From: Nitrospirota bacterium
GTDB taxonomy: Bacteria; Nitrospirota; Thermodesulfovibrionia; Thermodesulfovibrionales; Dissulfurispiraceae
Reading direction: 5' to 3'
NCBI GenBank assembly: GCA_040758355.1
Contig: JBFLWF010000034.1
Coordinates: 1 to 21,995 of the forward strand
Length of the DNA stretch: 21,995 bases
The position numbers and the translations under genes were made by a program. This document shows, in pieces, positions 8,762-17,709 of this stretch (within the stretch, counting starts at the first letter, position 1; each line of letters starts with the position of its first letter). Under the pieces are notes generated by a model, which made no database searches, was not told the origin of the DNA, and saw only the letters and a program-made list of their open reading frames with translations.

Positions 8762-9856
8762 GTGAAAAATCTTGTTAAAACTCCCCCCTTTGCTCAGAAA
8801 AAAATCCTGATGAAGGGCAATGAGGCCATTGCAGAGGCTGCAATACAGGCTGAATGCAGATTCTATGCAGGCTATCCAATAACACCCCAGAACGAAATCC
8901 CGGAATACATGTCATGGCGCATGCCCGAAGTGGATGGCACATTCATTCAGGCAGAAAGCGAACTGTCGGCAATAAATATGGTATTCGGCGCATCTGCCTG
9001 CGGTGCAAGGGCAATGACATCTTCAAGCAGTCCTGGAATAAGCCTGAAACAGGAAGGAATATCATTCCTTGCAGGTGCAGAACTTCCAGCAGTTATCGTG
9101 AACATGCAGAGGGGCGGGCCGGGTCTCGGCAATATCTCGGCAAGCCAGGCAGACTATTTCCAGGCAGTAAAGGGAGGCGGACACGGAGATTACAGGCTCT
9201 TAGTTTACGCCCCGTATAATCTACAGGAACTCTGGGATCTGACGATGTTAGCTTTTGACAAGGCTGATGAATATAGAAACCCTGTCATGATACTCGGCGA
9301 CGGAATACTCGGACAGATGATGGAGCCCTTTGTTCCGACGCCATATGCAAAGCCGGAACTCCCGGAAAAAACATGGGCACTTACAGGATGCAAAGGCAGA
9401 AAACCGAATGTCATAAAATCCCTTTTCATGGGAGAGGGAGAACTGGAACAGAGAAACTATATGCTTCAGGCCAAATACCAGAAAATGAAAGAAAGGGAAG
9501 TAAAATTTCAGTCATACAATACACATGATGCAGAATTGATCGTGGTTGCCTTCGGCATTGCAGCACGCATTGCAACGGCTGCTGTCAGAAGGCTGAGGAA
9601 CGAAGGTCATGGAATCGGCCACAGAATCGGATTATTCAGACCAATAACGCTCTTCCCTTTCCCTGAAAAACAGATAAGCGACCTATCAGATAAAAACAGA
9701 AGATTTATTGTCGTGGAATTGAATGCAGGGCAGATGGTTGAAGATGTAAGGCTTGCGGTTAATGGAAGATCCGAAGTGCTCTTTTACGGCAGGCCAGGCG
9801 GTGCGATCATCACGCCGGAGGAATTGTATGAAAAGCTTTTAGGAGTATTAGAGTAA
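8762..9856 (+). CDS. vorB: 2-oxoacid:ferredoxin oxidoreductase alpha subunit (3-methyl-2-oxobutanoate dehydrogenase VorB-like)
   Basis: LMKGNEAIAEAAI, AGYPITPQNE, QAESE, RAMTSSSSPGISLKQE, RGGPGLG, VELNAGQMVEDV. Alternative start at ATG 8810. Confidence 0.88.
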   Translation: MKNLVKTPPFAQKKILMKGNEAIAEAAIQAECRFYAGYPITPQNEIPEYMSWRMPEVDGTFIQAESELSAINMVFGASACGARAMTSSSSPGISLKQEGISFLAGAELPAVIVNMQRGGPGLGNISASQADYFQAVKGGGHGDYRLLVYAPYNLQELWDLTMLAFDKADEYRNPVMILGDGILGQMMEPFVPTPYAKPELPEKTWALTGCKGRKPNVIKSLFMGEGELEQRNYMLQAKYQKMKEREVKFQSYNTHDAELIVVAFGIAARIATAAVRRLRNEGHGIGHRIGLFRPITLFPFPEKQISDLSDKNRRFIVVELNAGQMVEDVRLAVNGRSEVLFYGRPGGAIITPEELYEKLLGVLE

Positions 9857-9892
9857 TGGAATATATGTCAGGTGCTGCGAAAAGAGGAGTCT

Positions 9893-10864
9893 CTAAACAG
9901 TGTCTGACATATAAAATCGCTTAACTTGGGTTAGAATCTCTTTCTTCGCTGTCTCAAAATCAGCCTTTATCCTGCAGCCGGCAGCGTTTTTATGCCCGCC
10001 GCCTCCAAATGCCTCTGCAATGCGGGCCACATTTATATCGTCCTTTGACCTCAGACTTATTTTGTAATGAGTATCATCTATCTCACGGAAAAGTACCGAG
10101 ACCTGCACATCCTTCATAATCCTTGGGAATTCAACAAAATGTTCCGTATCATCTGGAGATGTGGATGTCTCTTCAAACATCCTCCTTGTCACCTTAACAA
10201 TGGCAGTCCCGTCTTCCCTCTCCAATGTATTAAGAACCCTCATAAAGAGATCGAAACGCCCTTCAGACCAAGCCTCAAAAAGCCATCTATAAATCACATG
10301 GGGTTTCGCACCTGCCTCGATTAGGTCCGAGGCAGCTCTAAGGACTCCCGATGTGGTGTTTTCGTACCGGAAATTGCCTGTATCCACGGCTATAGCTGCA
10401 TAGAGATTTACTGCCATGTCTTCAGTAATCTTTATGCCGAGTTCTTTTATGAGATGATAAATCATGAGCCCGGTAGCTGCCGAATCAGGCATCACCCATC
10501 GTATATCTCCGAATGGCCTTTCGGATTCGTGGTGGTCTATAACAGCAGAAATTTGAAATTTGAGATTTGAGATTTGAGATTTGTCTGTTGTAATGCGGTC
10601 AATGTCATTGCAATCCACAAGGATGATGTTCTCAAAATCCTTTGCATTATCGAATGTATGAAAACCTTCGTGCCCCGGCAGAAATCTATACTGGTGAGGC
10701 ACAGGGTCCTTGCATAGAAGGACCGTTTTCTTTCCAAACCCTTGAAGGGACATTGATAATGCAATAGCCGAGCCAAGACCGTCGCCGTCAGGGTTTATGT
10801 GGGTGGTTATAAGAAACCCATCTTCTTTTCTCAGGAAGTCCAGAAGTTCTAAAGGTGGCATCAT
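9893..10864 (-). CDS. nrnA: Bifunctional oligoribonuclease/PAP phosphatase NrnA (DHH/DHHA1)
   Basis: THINPDGDGLGS, VIDHH, DTGNFRY, SLRS, GGGGHKNAAG. Lies directly downstream of rbfA. Confidence 0.92.
   Translation of the reverse strand: MMPPLELLDFLRKEDGFLITTHINPDGDGLGSAIALSMSLQGFGKKTVLLCKDPVPHQYRFLPGHEGFHTFDNAKDFENIILVDCNDIDRITTDKSQISNLKFQISAVIDHHESERPFGDIRWVMPDSAATGLMIYHLIKELGIKITEDMAVNLYAAIAVDTGNFRYENTTSGVLRAASDLIEAGAKPHVIYRWLFEAWSEGRFDLFMRVLNTLEREDGTAIVKVTRRMFEETSTSPDDTEHFVEFPRIMKDVQVSVLFREIDDTHYKISLRSKDDINVARIAEAFGGGGHKNAAGCRIKADFETAKKEILTQVKRFYMSDTV
10548..10583 (-). repeat. Heptamer tandem tract (CAAATYT)5 inside nrnA
   Basis: Plus strand: gaaattt x2, gagattt x3. Encodes KSQISNLKFQIS. 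Confidence 0.9.
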
Positions 10865-11214
10865 ATATCGCGTTTCTCTTTTATCTCTCTCAGCAGCTTA
10901 TCAATCCTGTCGCCATGCTCTATCGACCTGTCAATCCTGAATTCAATGGTAGGAATAAACTTTGTCCTCACCCTTTTCGATATTTCGCTGCGTATAAGAC
11001 CCTTTGCCGAATTCAGTATTTCGAGAGTGATGTCCTTATCTTCTTCTTTCATCACGCTTATGAATATCCTTGCAATCTTCAGGTCTTCTGACATCTCCAC
11101 ATCGGTAACGGTGACAAATCCAAGGCGGGGATCTTTTACCCTTCGCATGATTATGTCTGCGATTTCTTCCCTGAGGAGGATGCTTAATCTCTGTGATCTC
11201 TTATATGGATGCAT
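10861..11214 (-). CDS. rbfA: 30S ribosome-binding factor A
   Basis: RSQRLS...VKDPRLGFVTVTDVEMSEDLKIARIF...P.IEF..D.SIEHG.RI. Start overlaps the infB stop (TAATG). Confidence 0.96.
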   Translation of the reverse strand: MHPYKRSQRLSILLREEIADIIMRRVKDPRLGFVTVTDVEMSEDLKIARIFISVMKEEDKDITLEILNSAKGLIRSEISKRVRTKFIPTIEFRIDRSIEHGDRIDKLLREIKEKRDI

Positions 11215-13643
11215 TACAACTTTGCTGCTATTTTCTCGATGATGTAATTTTCGAGTATATCCCCGACTTTAAGGTCGTTGAAATTCTCTATCATAATGCC
11301 GCATTCGTAGCCGGTCTGCGCCTCCCTTACATCTTCCTTAAATCTCTTCAATGATGCAAGCCTTCCCTCATAGACTACTATATTATCTCTTATGACCCTG
11401 ATACCATCGCTTGCACGGCTTATCATTCCGTCTATGACATAACAGCCTGCAATTGTACCGAGTCTCGACACCTGGAATGTCTGTCTCACTTCTGCCCTGC
11501 CCAGGACCTTCTCCTTAAGTGTAGGCTCCAGCATTCCTTCAAGCGCCTTTTTCACGTCCTCGATGGCATCATAAATTATGTTATAAAGCCTTATGTCAAC
11601 GCCTTCCTTCTCTGCAAGCTGTGAAGCCTTGAGTTCGGGTCTGACACTAAAGCCGATTACAATCGCGTTGGATGCAGTGGCGAGCATAACATCCGATTCA
11701 TTTATACCGCCAACAGCAGCGTGGATAACCCTCACCTTCACTTCTGGGTGGGTTATACCTTCAAGCGCGCTCCTTATGGCCTCAACAGAACCCTGCACAT
11801 CTCCTTTTATAACAATGCCAAGTTCTTTTATCTGTCCTTCCTTTATCTTCGAATACAGTTCGTCAAGGGTCAGCTTTTTGTGTCGTGCAGCCTCTGCAAG
11901 CCTCTGCTTCTGAAGCCTCGCAAGTGCTATCTGTCTTGCCTTCTTTTCGTCTTCGACACAGGTAAAGACATCACCGGCGGTAGGCACTTCCGAGAATCCG
12001 ATAATCTCAACCGGCGTCGATGGCCCTGCCTCATTTATCTTTTTGCCCGTATCATCGATGAGCGCCCTCACCTTACCCGATGCGGCTCCTGCAACAAAGG
12101 CGTCTCCGACCCTCAATGTGCCCGATTGAATAAGCACCGTTGCAACCGGCCCTCTACCCCTGTCGAGCTTGGCTTCAATAATTGTTCCCCGTGCGGATCT
12201 ATCGGGATTCGACTTGAGCTCCATTACCTCTGCCTGGAGCAGTATCATCTCCAACAGGTGCTCGATGCCTATCTTTTTCTTTGCCGAAACCTCAACAAAA
12301 ATGTTCTGACCGCCCCACTCCTCGGATACAATTCCACGTTCTGCAAGCTCGTTCCTAACCCTTGCCGGATTTGCCTCCGGTTTGTCTATTTTGTTAACAG
12401 CCACAACAATAGGCACATTTGCTGCCTTTGAATGGTCTATTGCCTCTATCGTTTGCGGCATTACGCCATCATCTGCAGCTACAACGAGAACAACGATGTC
12501 CGTAACCTTCGCACCCCTTGCCCTGAGCGCAGTAAATGCCTCATGGCCGGGTGTATCGAGGAATGTTATATCCTTGCCCTGAAGCGATACCTTATACGCA
12601 CCTATATGCTGTGTAATGCCTCCTGCTTCTGTCTCGGTCACCTTTGTTTCCCGTATTGCATCCAGCAGGGAGGTCTTTCCGTGGTCAACATGTCCCATTA
12701 TGGTAACGACAGGCGGTCTATGAATGAGATTGGCAGCTTCCTCCACAATCTCTTCTATGACGTCGATCTGTTCCGGAGCAACAGTTTCAACTTTAACTCC
12801 AAAGCCATCTGCTACAAGCACGGCAGCATCCATATCCACAGGCTGATTAATGGTCGGCATATATCCCATTTCCATGAACTTCTTGATGACATCGGGAATC
12901 TTATGTCCTATCAGCTCTGCAAACTCTTTTACTGTCGTGCCCTCTTCCAGCTTTATGGATTTCTTTCTCGGCGCCGTTATCGGAGGAGCAGGCGCTGGCT
13001 CGACCTTCCTGAATCTGTCCCTGAACTTCTTTGTCGGCTTTTGTTCAGCCCACTTCTTTGGCTCTATCTTCTTGATTGCCTGAAATGCCTTCTGCATCCC
13101 GGGCTTTACCTTGAACTTCTCTACCTTCTCAACCTCTATCTCCTTTTTGAATCTGTCCGGTATCTTTGTCTCTACTTCCTCTTCGGGAATGACAATGGAC
13201 GGAACACTTATCTCTACTTCCTTTTCTTCGACTTCCCTCTTTTCTTCTTCCTTTACGACAGGTTTAATAGGCTCCGGTCGTTTTTCTATCTTCTCAATTT
13301 TTTCGGGTTTCTCTACTATTTTTGCTTTTTCAATTTTCTCTATCTTCTCTGCCTTTTTAACCTTCTCGATTTTCTCGACCTTCTTTTCCTCTGCTTTTTT
13401 CTCTATTCTGGCCTCTTTTGCCGGAGCTGCTTTTTCCTTAGGCTTTGCAACCTTTACAGGCCTGAATATCTGCCTTATCCTGTCTGCTTCTTCGATGCTG
13501 AGTTTTATGAGAGTTGTGCCCTTTTTGAACTCTACACCCCTCATTCGAGCCAGCTCTCTTACTATATCGGTAGATTTTACATCTATCCCGGATTCCTTTA
13601 ATTCCTTTGCCAGTTCGGTGCTTTTTATTTCCTTATCAGGCAT
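11214..13643 (-). CDS. infB: Translation initiation factor IF-2
   Basis: [65 protein letters not shown]-rich N-terminal linker; GGAGG upstream. Confidence 0.98.
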   Translation of the reverse strand: MPDKEIKSTELAKELKESGIDVKSTDIVRELARMRGVEFKKGTTLIKLSIEEADRIRQIFRPVKVAKPKEKAAPAKEARIEKKAEEKKVEKIEKVKKAEKIEKIEKAKIVEKPEKIEKIEKRPEPIKPVVKEEEKREVEEKEVEISVPSIVIPEEEVETKIPDRFKKEIEVEKVEKFKVKPGMQKAFQAIKKIEPKKWAEQKPTKKFRDRFRKVEPAPAPPITAPRKKSIKLEEGTTVKEFAELIGHKIPDVIKKFMEMGYMPTINQPVDMDAAVLVADGFGVKVETVAPEQIDVIEEIVEEAANLIHRPPVVTIMGHVDHGKTSLLDAIRETKVTETEAGGITQHIGAYKVSLQGKDITFLDTPGHEAFTALRARGAKVTDIVVLVVAADDGVMPQTIEAIDHSKAANVPIVVAVNKIDKPEANPARVRNELAERGIVSEEWGGQNIFVEVSAKKKIGIEHLLEMILLQAEVMELKSNPDRSARGTIIEAKLDRGRGPVATVLIQSGTLRVGDAFVAGAASGKVRALIDDTGKKINEAGPSTPVEIIGFSEVPTAGDVFTCVEDEKKARQIALARLQKQRLAEAARHKKLTLDELYSKIKEGQIKELGIVIKGDVQGSVEAIRSALEGITHPEVKVRVIHAAVGGINESDVMLATASNAIVIGFSVRPELKASQLAEKEGVDIRLYNIIYDAIEDVKKALEGMLEPTLKEKVLGRAEVRQTFQVSRLGTIAGCYVIDGMISRASDGIRVIRDNIVVYEGRLASLKRFKEDVREAQTGYECGIMIENFNDLKVGDILENYIIEKIAAKL

Positions 13644-13668
13644 CTATGTTTTAACCTCCAATAAATTC

Positions 13669-13711
13669 AAGTGGGAAGTAAGAAGCGGAAAGCACTTCCT
13701 ATTTCCCACTT
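13669..13711. repeat. Imperfect inverted repeat built from AAGTRRG-like heptamers, in the infB leader
   Basis: aagtgggaagtaagaag-N9-cttcctatttcccactt; 15 of 17 positions pair. Confidence 0.8.
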
Positions 13712-13766
13712 ATTAATGTTATCATAAAGAACTTTTTTTATGCAATTAACAAAGGAGGAAGGTCGT

Positions 13767-13958
13767 ATGGCAAGCTGTTCTGTTTGTGGAAAGAAAAAAA
13801 CAGTTGGCAACAATGTAAGCCACGCAAATAATAAGACAAAGCGCGTCTTGATGCCGAATATCCAGAGGATCAGGGTTGTAACCGATGGCGGAGGTACAAA
13901 AAGGGCATACGTTTGTACAAGATGCATACGCTCAAAGAAAGTGGTAAAGGCAGCGTAG
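13767..13958 (+). CDS. rpmB: 50S ribosomal protein L28 (form with two CxxC pairs)
   Basis: MASCSVCGK...[20 protein letters not shown]...[16 protein letters not shown] precedes ATG 13767. Confidence 0.96.
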   Translation: MASCSVCGKKKTVGNNVSHANNKTKRVLMPNIQRIRVVTDGGGTKRAYVCTRCIRSKKVVKAA

Positions 13959-13968
13959 GAACAGCGTT

Positions 13969-13992
13969 GGAGTGATGGAGTAATGGAGTGAT
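13969..13992 (+). repeat. Octamer tandem tract (GGAGTRAT)3
   Basis: ggagtgat ggagtaat ggagtgat; overlaps the start of the next CDS. Confidence 0.88.
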
Positions 13993-14437
13993 GAAAAAAG
14001 TAGGCACACTCCTCTCCTCCATCTTCAAAGATCTCGGCATTGAAGATAAAATCAGACTCAATTCAATGCAGGAGGAGTGGCATAGGCTATTCAATGAGCC
14101 TCTGTCCCTGCACACCTATCCTGTGGATATAAAAGACGGAGAACTGACCATAAATGTCGATTCCCCTGCATGGCTCGGCCAGTTGAAGTTCTTTAAGCAT
14201 GACATAATAAAAAAACTTCAGGCATACAATGTCGGTTCCGTTAAATTCAAACACGGAAGGGTCTATCAGAAAAAGGGGCAAGGGGCAAGGGGTAAGGGGC
14301 AAGAAGATTCAAAACAACTCCCCAAATCCTTCACGGATTCTGAATTTGCATGGATAAATCAGACCGTTTCAACAGTATCTGATCCCGAGCTTCAAGAAAA
14401 TATCAGGAAGGCAATAGAAAAAGCAATGAGCAGATAA
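13991..14437 (+). CDS. DUF721 / DciA-like protein
   Basis: LSSIFKDLGI...W..LF...LSLHTYP....GELTINVDSPAWLGQLKF.K..II.KL matches the DUF721 pattern. Alternative start at GTG 13988. Confidence 0.8.
   Translation: MKKVGTLLSSIFKDLGIEDKIRLNSMQEEWHRLFNEPLSLHTYPVDIKDGELTINVDSPAWLGQLKFFKHDIIKKLQAYNVGSVKFKHGRVYQKKGQGARGKGQEDSKQLPKSFTDSEFAWINQTVSTVSDPELQENIRKAIEKAMSR
14273..14303 (+). repeat. Heptamer tandem tract (AAGGGGY)4 inside the DUF721 gene
   Basis: aaggggc aaggggc aaggggt aaggggc aag. Encodes KGQGARGKGQ. Confidence 0.9.
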
Positions 14438-14440
14438 ACA

Positions 14441-14464
14441 CCTATAGCCTATTGCCCATTGCCT
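14441..14464. repeat. Heptamer tract between the convergent DUF721 and clpX genes
   Basis: cctatag cctattg cccattg cct. Confidence 0.7.
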
Positions 14465-14469
14465 GTTTT

Positions 14470-15711
14470 TTACGCTGATTCCGCCTTCTTTTCGTAAACT
14501 ATTATCGGCTTTTCTTTCTTTGTGATAGACTCTTCGTTTATTATGCATTCGGTAATGCCACCCTTAGAGGGTATCTCATACATGACGTCGAGCATCACGT
14601 CTTCCAGTATTGCCCTCAGTCCCCTTGCCCCAGCCTTTCTTTCTACGGCCTTCTTTGCTATGGCGGCGAGAGCGACGTCTGTGAACTTCAGGCGGACATC
14701 GTCCAGAGACAGGAGTTTTTGATACTGCTTTGTCAGGGCATTCTTGGGCTCTGTCAGTATCTTTACCAGTGCTGCCTCATCCAGCTCATCTAAGGTCGCA
14801 ACAACAGGAAGCCTTCCTATGAACTCAGGGATAAGGCCATACTTCATCAGATCTTCAGGCTCTACAAGGCTAAAGACATTGCTTATCTTCTTCTCCTTTA
14901 TGCTGAGCATTTCTACGCCAAACCCTATGCTCTTTTTGCCTGTCCTCTGCTCTATTATCTTATCGAGTCCTACAAAGGCGCCGCCGCATATAAAGAGGAT
15001 GTTGGTTGTGTTAAGCTGTATGTATTCCTGCTGCGGGTGTTTCCTCCCTCCCTGCGGAGGTATATTAGCCACTGTCCCTTCTATTATCTTTAATAGGGCC
15101 TGCTGAACGCCCTCTCCGGATACATCCCTTGTTATGGAGGGGCTGTCTGCCTTTCTGCTTATTTTGTCTATCTCATCGATGTAGATTATCCCCATCTGTG
15201 CCTTTTCCACATCATAGTCCGCTGCCTGAAGGAGTTTTAAAAGCACATTCTCCACATCCTCGCCCACATACCCTGCCTCTGTAAGGGTGGTCGCATCCGC
15301 TATAGTAAAAGGCACATCGAGGAATCTGGCCAGTGTCTGGGCCAGAAGTGTTTTACCTGTACCTGTCGGCCCTATCAGCAGTATGTTGCTCTTCTGGAGC
15401 TCCACATCGGTTTTTGAACCGCTGAATATCCTCTTATAATGGTTGTGAACAGCAACCGAAAGTATTTTCTTTGCCCTTTCCTGTCCTATTACATAATCAT
15501 TCAGGAACTTATATATCTCGACAGGGGTCGGCAGTTTCTTTGATAAATCCCTGTCGGATACATGGAGTTCTTCATCTATTATTTCATTGCATAGACCCAC
15601 GCACTCATCGCATATATAAACCATGGGGCCTGCGATCAGCTTTTTGACCTCATCCTGCCCCTTCCCGCAAAAAGAGCATCTGAGAATGCTTTCACCTGTC
15701 TTTTTTGCCAT
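14470..15711 (-). CDS. clpX: ATP-dependent Clp protease ATP-binding subunit ClpX
   Basis: Zinc finger CSFC...CDEC, Walker A GPTGTGKT, Walker [27 protein letters not shown] loop. ATG at 15711 follows GGAGG. Confidence 0.98.
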   Translation of the reverse strand: MAKKTGESILRCSFCGKGQDEVKKLIAGPMVYICDECVGLCNEIIDEELHVSDRDLSKKLPTPVEIYKFLNDYVIGQERAKKILSVAVHNHYKRIFSGSKTDVELQKSNILLIGPTGTGKTLLAQTLARFLDVPFTIADATTLTEAGYVGEDVENVLLKLLQAADYDVEKAQMGIIYIDEIDKISRKADSPSITRDVSGEGVQQALLKIIEGTVANIPPQGGRKHPQQEYIQLNTTNILFICGGAFVGLDKIIEQRTGKKSIGFGVEMLSIKEKKISNVFSLVEPEDLMKYGLIPEFIGRLPVVATLDELDEAALVKILTEPKNALTKQYQKLLSLDDVRLKFTDVALAAIAKKAVERKAGARGLRAILEDVMLDVMYEIPSKGGITECIINEESITKKEKPIIVYEKKAESA

Positions 15712-15729
15712 CAAAACCTCCAAAACTCT

Positions 15730-16332
15730 CTAACTCTTTTTCTTTATCTCCTTTATTGTGGCTATCACGTCATCCACTATGCCGTAATCCCTTGCATCAT
15801 TACCGGACATAAAGAAGTCCCTTTCCGTATCTGTCTGAACCTTCTCTAATGGTTGTCCAGTGTGCCTTGCAAGGATTCCGTTCAGTGTCTCCTTCATTCT
15901 CAATATCTCTTTCGCGTGTATCTCCACATCAGTCGCCTGCCCGTAAAAACCGCCTATTGGCTGGTGTATCATTATGCGGGAATGGGGAAGGGCAAACCTC
16001 TTGCCCTTTGTACCCGCACACAAAAGCAATGCACCCATGCTCGCTGCCTGGCCGATGCAGTATGTTGCAATGTCCGGCTTGACATACTGCATGGTGTCGT
16101 ATATTGCAAGGCCTGCTGAAACAACGCCTCCCGGCGAATTTATATATATATGTATATCCTTGTCAGGGTCTTCTGTCTGAAGGAAAAGCAGTTGGGCTAT
16201 AACCACATTGGCTACATTGTCGTCTATGGCCGTGCCGATAAAGATTATCCTGTCCTTGAGAAGCCTCGAGTAGATGTCGTAAACCCTCTCTGTCCTTCCT
16301 GTCTGCTCTATAACAATAGGAACAATGCTCAT
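15730..16332 (-). CDS. clpP: ATP-dependent Clp protease proteolytic subunit
   Basis: [20 protein letters not shown], catalytic AASMGA, MIHQP and ERDFFMS. Confidence 0.98.
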   Translation of the reverse strand: MSIVPIVIEQTGRTERVYDIYSRLLKDRIIFIGTAIDDNVANVVIAQLLFLQTEDPDKDIHIYINSPGGVVSAGLAIYDTMQYVKPDIATYCIGQAASMGALLLCAGTKGKRFALPHSRIMIHQPIGGFYGQATDVEIHAKEILRMKETLNGILARHTGQPLEKVQTDTERDFFMSGNDARDYGIVDDVIATIKEIKKKS

Positions 16333-16335
16333 AAA

Positions 16336-17571
16336 TTACTCTCCTTTTTCTATTTTCGCCTTATTCAAGAGAAAGTTTAGCACCTTCTTTTCAAACACCG
16401 ACTGCTTAAGCCCTTCAAGAGAGCCTTCCTTCGCCATATAATACTTCATAACATTCTCGGGAGAGACATAAGACCTCTGGGCAATATTCAGTATCTCCTC
16501 TTTCATATCCTCATCGGAGACATTTATGCCTTCTTTTTCTCCTATCAACTCCAGCAGAATAGATGCCCTTACGCTCTTTTCTGCGTGGGGCTTTATCTCT
16601 TCTCTGATCTCCTCGTCTGTCCTCTGGTCATTGCCTGCAGCCCTTACCTCGCCTATTATTCCGCTGATCTCGGCATTAAGCAGGCCTTCCGGGACATCAA
16701 AGCTGTGTGACTCTATAAGCTTATCGAGGATCTCCCTCTGCTTGGTCCTTTCCGCATCTCTATTCTTGGATGCAATTATATTCTCCTTCACCCTATCCTT
16801 TAATTGTCCTATGTTTTCGAAACCCAGATCCTTTGCAAACTCATCGTCAATGGCAGAGAGGTTGCGCCTCTTGATTTCCTTCATCTTTACTTCAAACTTG
16901 GGTCTCTTTCCTGCAAACTGGGTCTGTAAATCCTCAGGAAAGCTTGCCTCAATGATAAATTCCTCATCCTTTCTCTTGCCGACAAGTCCGTCAAAAAACT
17001 CCTGTGGATAAGGGCCGCTGCCGACCTTTAAGACAACATCATTCGAAACGGTACCTTCAACGGTATAATCAATGGTTACGAGGTCTCCGGCGTTTACCGC
17101 ATCATCTACAGACTCGTATGTTGCCCTTTCTTCTGCAAGCCTGTTTAAAACGGCATCCACCTCTTCATCCTTGACCTCTACAGGAACTTCCTTAACGGTC
17201 ACATTTTCATAATCGAGATTTTCCACCCTTGGTCTCACCTCCACGGAAACGGTCATGGAGATGGGCTCGTTCCTCTTAAAGTCAAAGGACTCCTCAACAA
17301 CAGGCCTTGAAACAGGCGTTATATCAGCCTCTTTTATTGCCTTGAGATAGTATTCCGGTATGATCTTTTCCAGGACATCGGCTTCTATTTCCTTGCCGAA
17401 CTTCTTTTCTATCAAATGCATGGGGGCCTTGCCCGGCCTGAAACCGGGAATCCTTGCCCTTTTCTGCGCCTCGTTGAGGCCCCTTTTTATCTCGGACTCT
17501 ATGGCCTCTGCCGGAACCTCTATTTTAAGCCGTTTTTTTGTGGACGATATATCCTCCAGTGCCTTTAACAA
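16336..17571 (-). CDS. tig: Trigger factor
   Basis: Ribosome-binding signature IPGFRPGKAP, FKBP-like middle domain, DDEFAK; canonical tig-clpP-clpX order. TTG at 17571 is preferred because AGGAGG lies 5 nt upstream. Confidence 0.95.
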   Translation of the reverse strand: MLKALEDISSTKKRLKIEVPAEAIESEIKRGLNEAQKRARIPGFRPGKAPMHLIEKKFGKEIEADVLEKIIPEYYLKAIKEADITPVSRPVVEESFDFKRNEPISMTVSVEVRPRVENLDYENVTVKEVPVEVKDEEVDAVLNRLAEERATYESVDDAVNAGDLVTIDYTVEGTVSNDVVLKVGSGPYPQEFFDGLVGKRKDEEFIIEASFPEDLQTQFAGKRPKFEVKMKEIKRRNLSAIDDEFAKDLGFENIGQLKDRVKENIIASKNRDAERTKQREILDKLIESHSFDVPEGLLNAEISGIIGEVRAAGNDQRTDEEIREEIKPHAEKSVRASILLELIGEKEGINVSDEDMKEEILNIAQRSYVSPENVMKYYMAKEGSLEGLKQSVFEKKVLNFLLNKAKIEKGE

Positions 17572-17622
17572 TTTCTCCTCCTTCCACACCCCTTATTTTC
17601 ATGGGAATCTTTAAAATTTTGA

Positions 17623-17671
17623 TTGACTTATGGATTTTTTAGTGTAACACTTAGTTATATGACTTTGTCAA
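17623..17671. promoter_or_regulatory. Candidate overlapping divergent promoters for tig and the hydrogenase operon
   Basis: Plus TTGACT-N17-AACACT and minus TTGACA-N19-TACACT, each with TGn, sharing the palindrome AGTGTAACACT (17641-17651). Confidence 0.5.
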
Positions 17672-17709
17672 TTTAAGGGGCAGAAAACTTAAAGCCGCAT
17701 AAGGAACAC

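Noticed and set aside
9605..9631. GHGIGHRIG imperfect 12-nt duplication in vorB
   Set aside because: In-frame local duplication, unrelated to the other repeat families.
11721..12431. 236-aa plus-strand ORF and other short antisense or out-of-frame ORFs in the track
   Set aside because: They lie entirely within well-supported genes and show no motifs.
13280..13410. [12 protein letters not shown] repeats in the IF-2 N-terminus
   Set aside because: Codon-phase low complexity typical of IF-2 linkers, unlike the non-triplet tracts.
12432..13601. 389-aa plus-strand ORF
   Set aside because: Antisense shadow of infB; its L/F/Y-rich composition mirrors the K/E-rich codons and it has no recognisable motif.
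17590..17709. tRNA-Leu often found upstream of tig
   Set aside because: No cloverleaf, T-loop GTTCRA or CCA end visible; the region is AT-rich.
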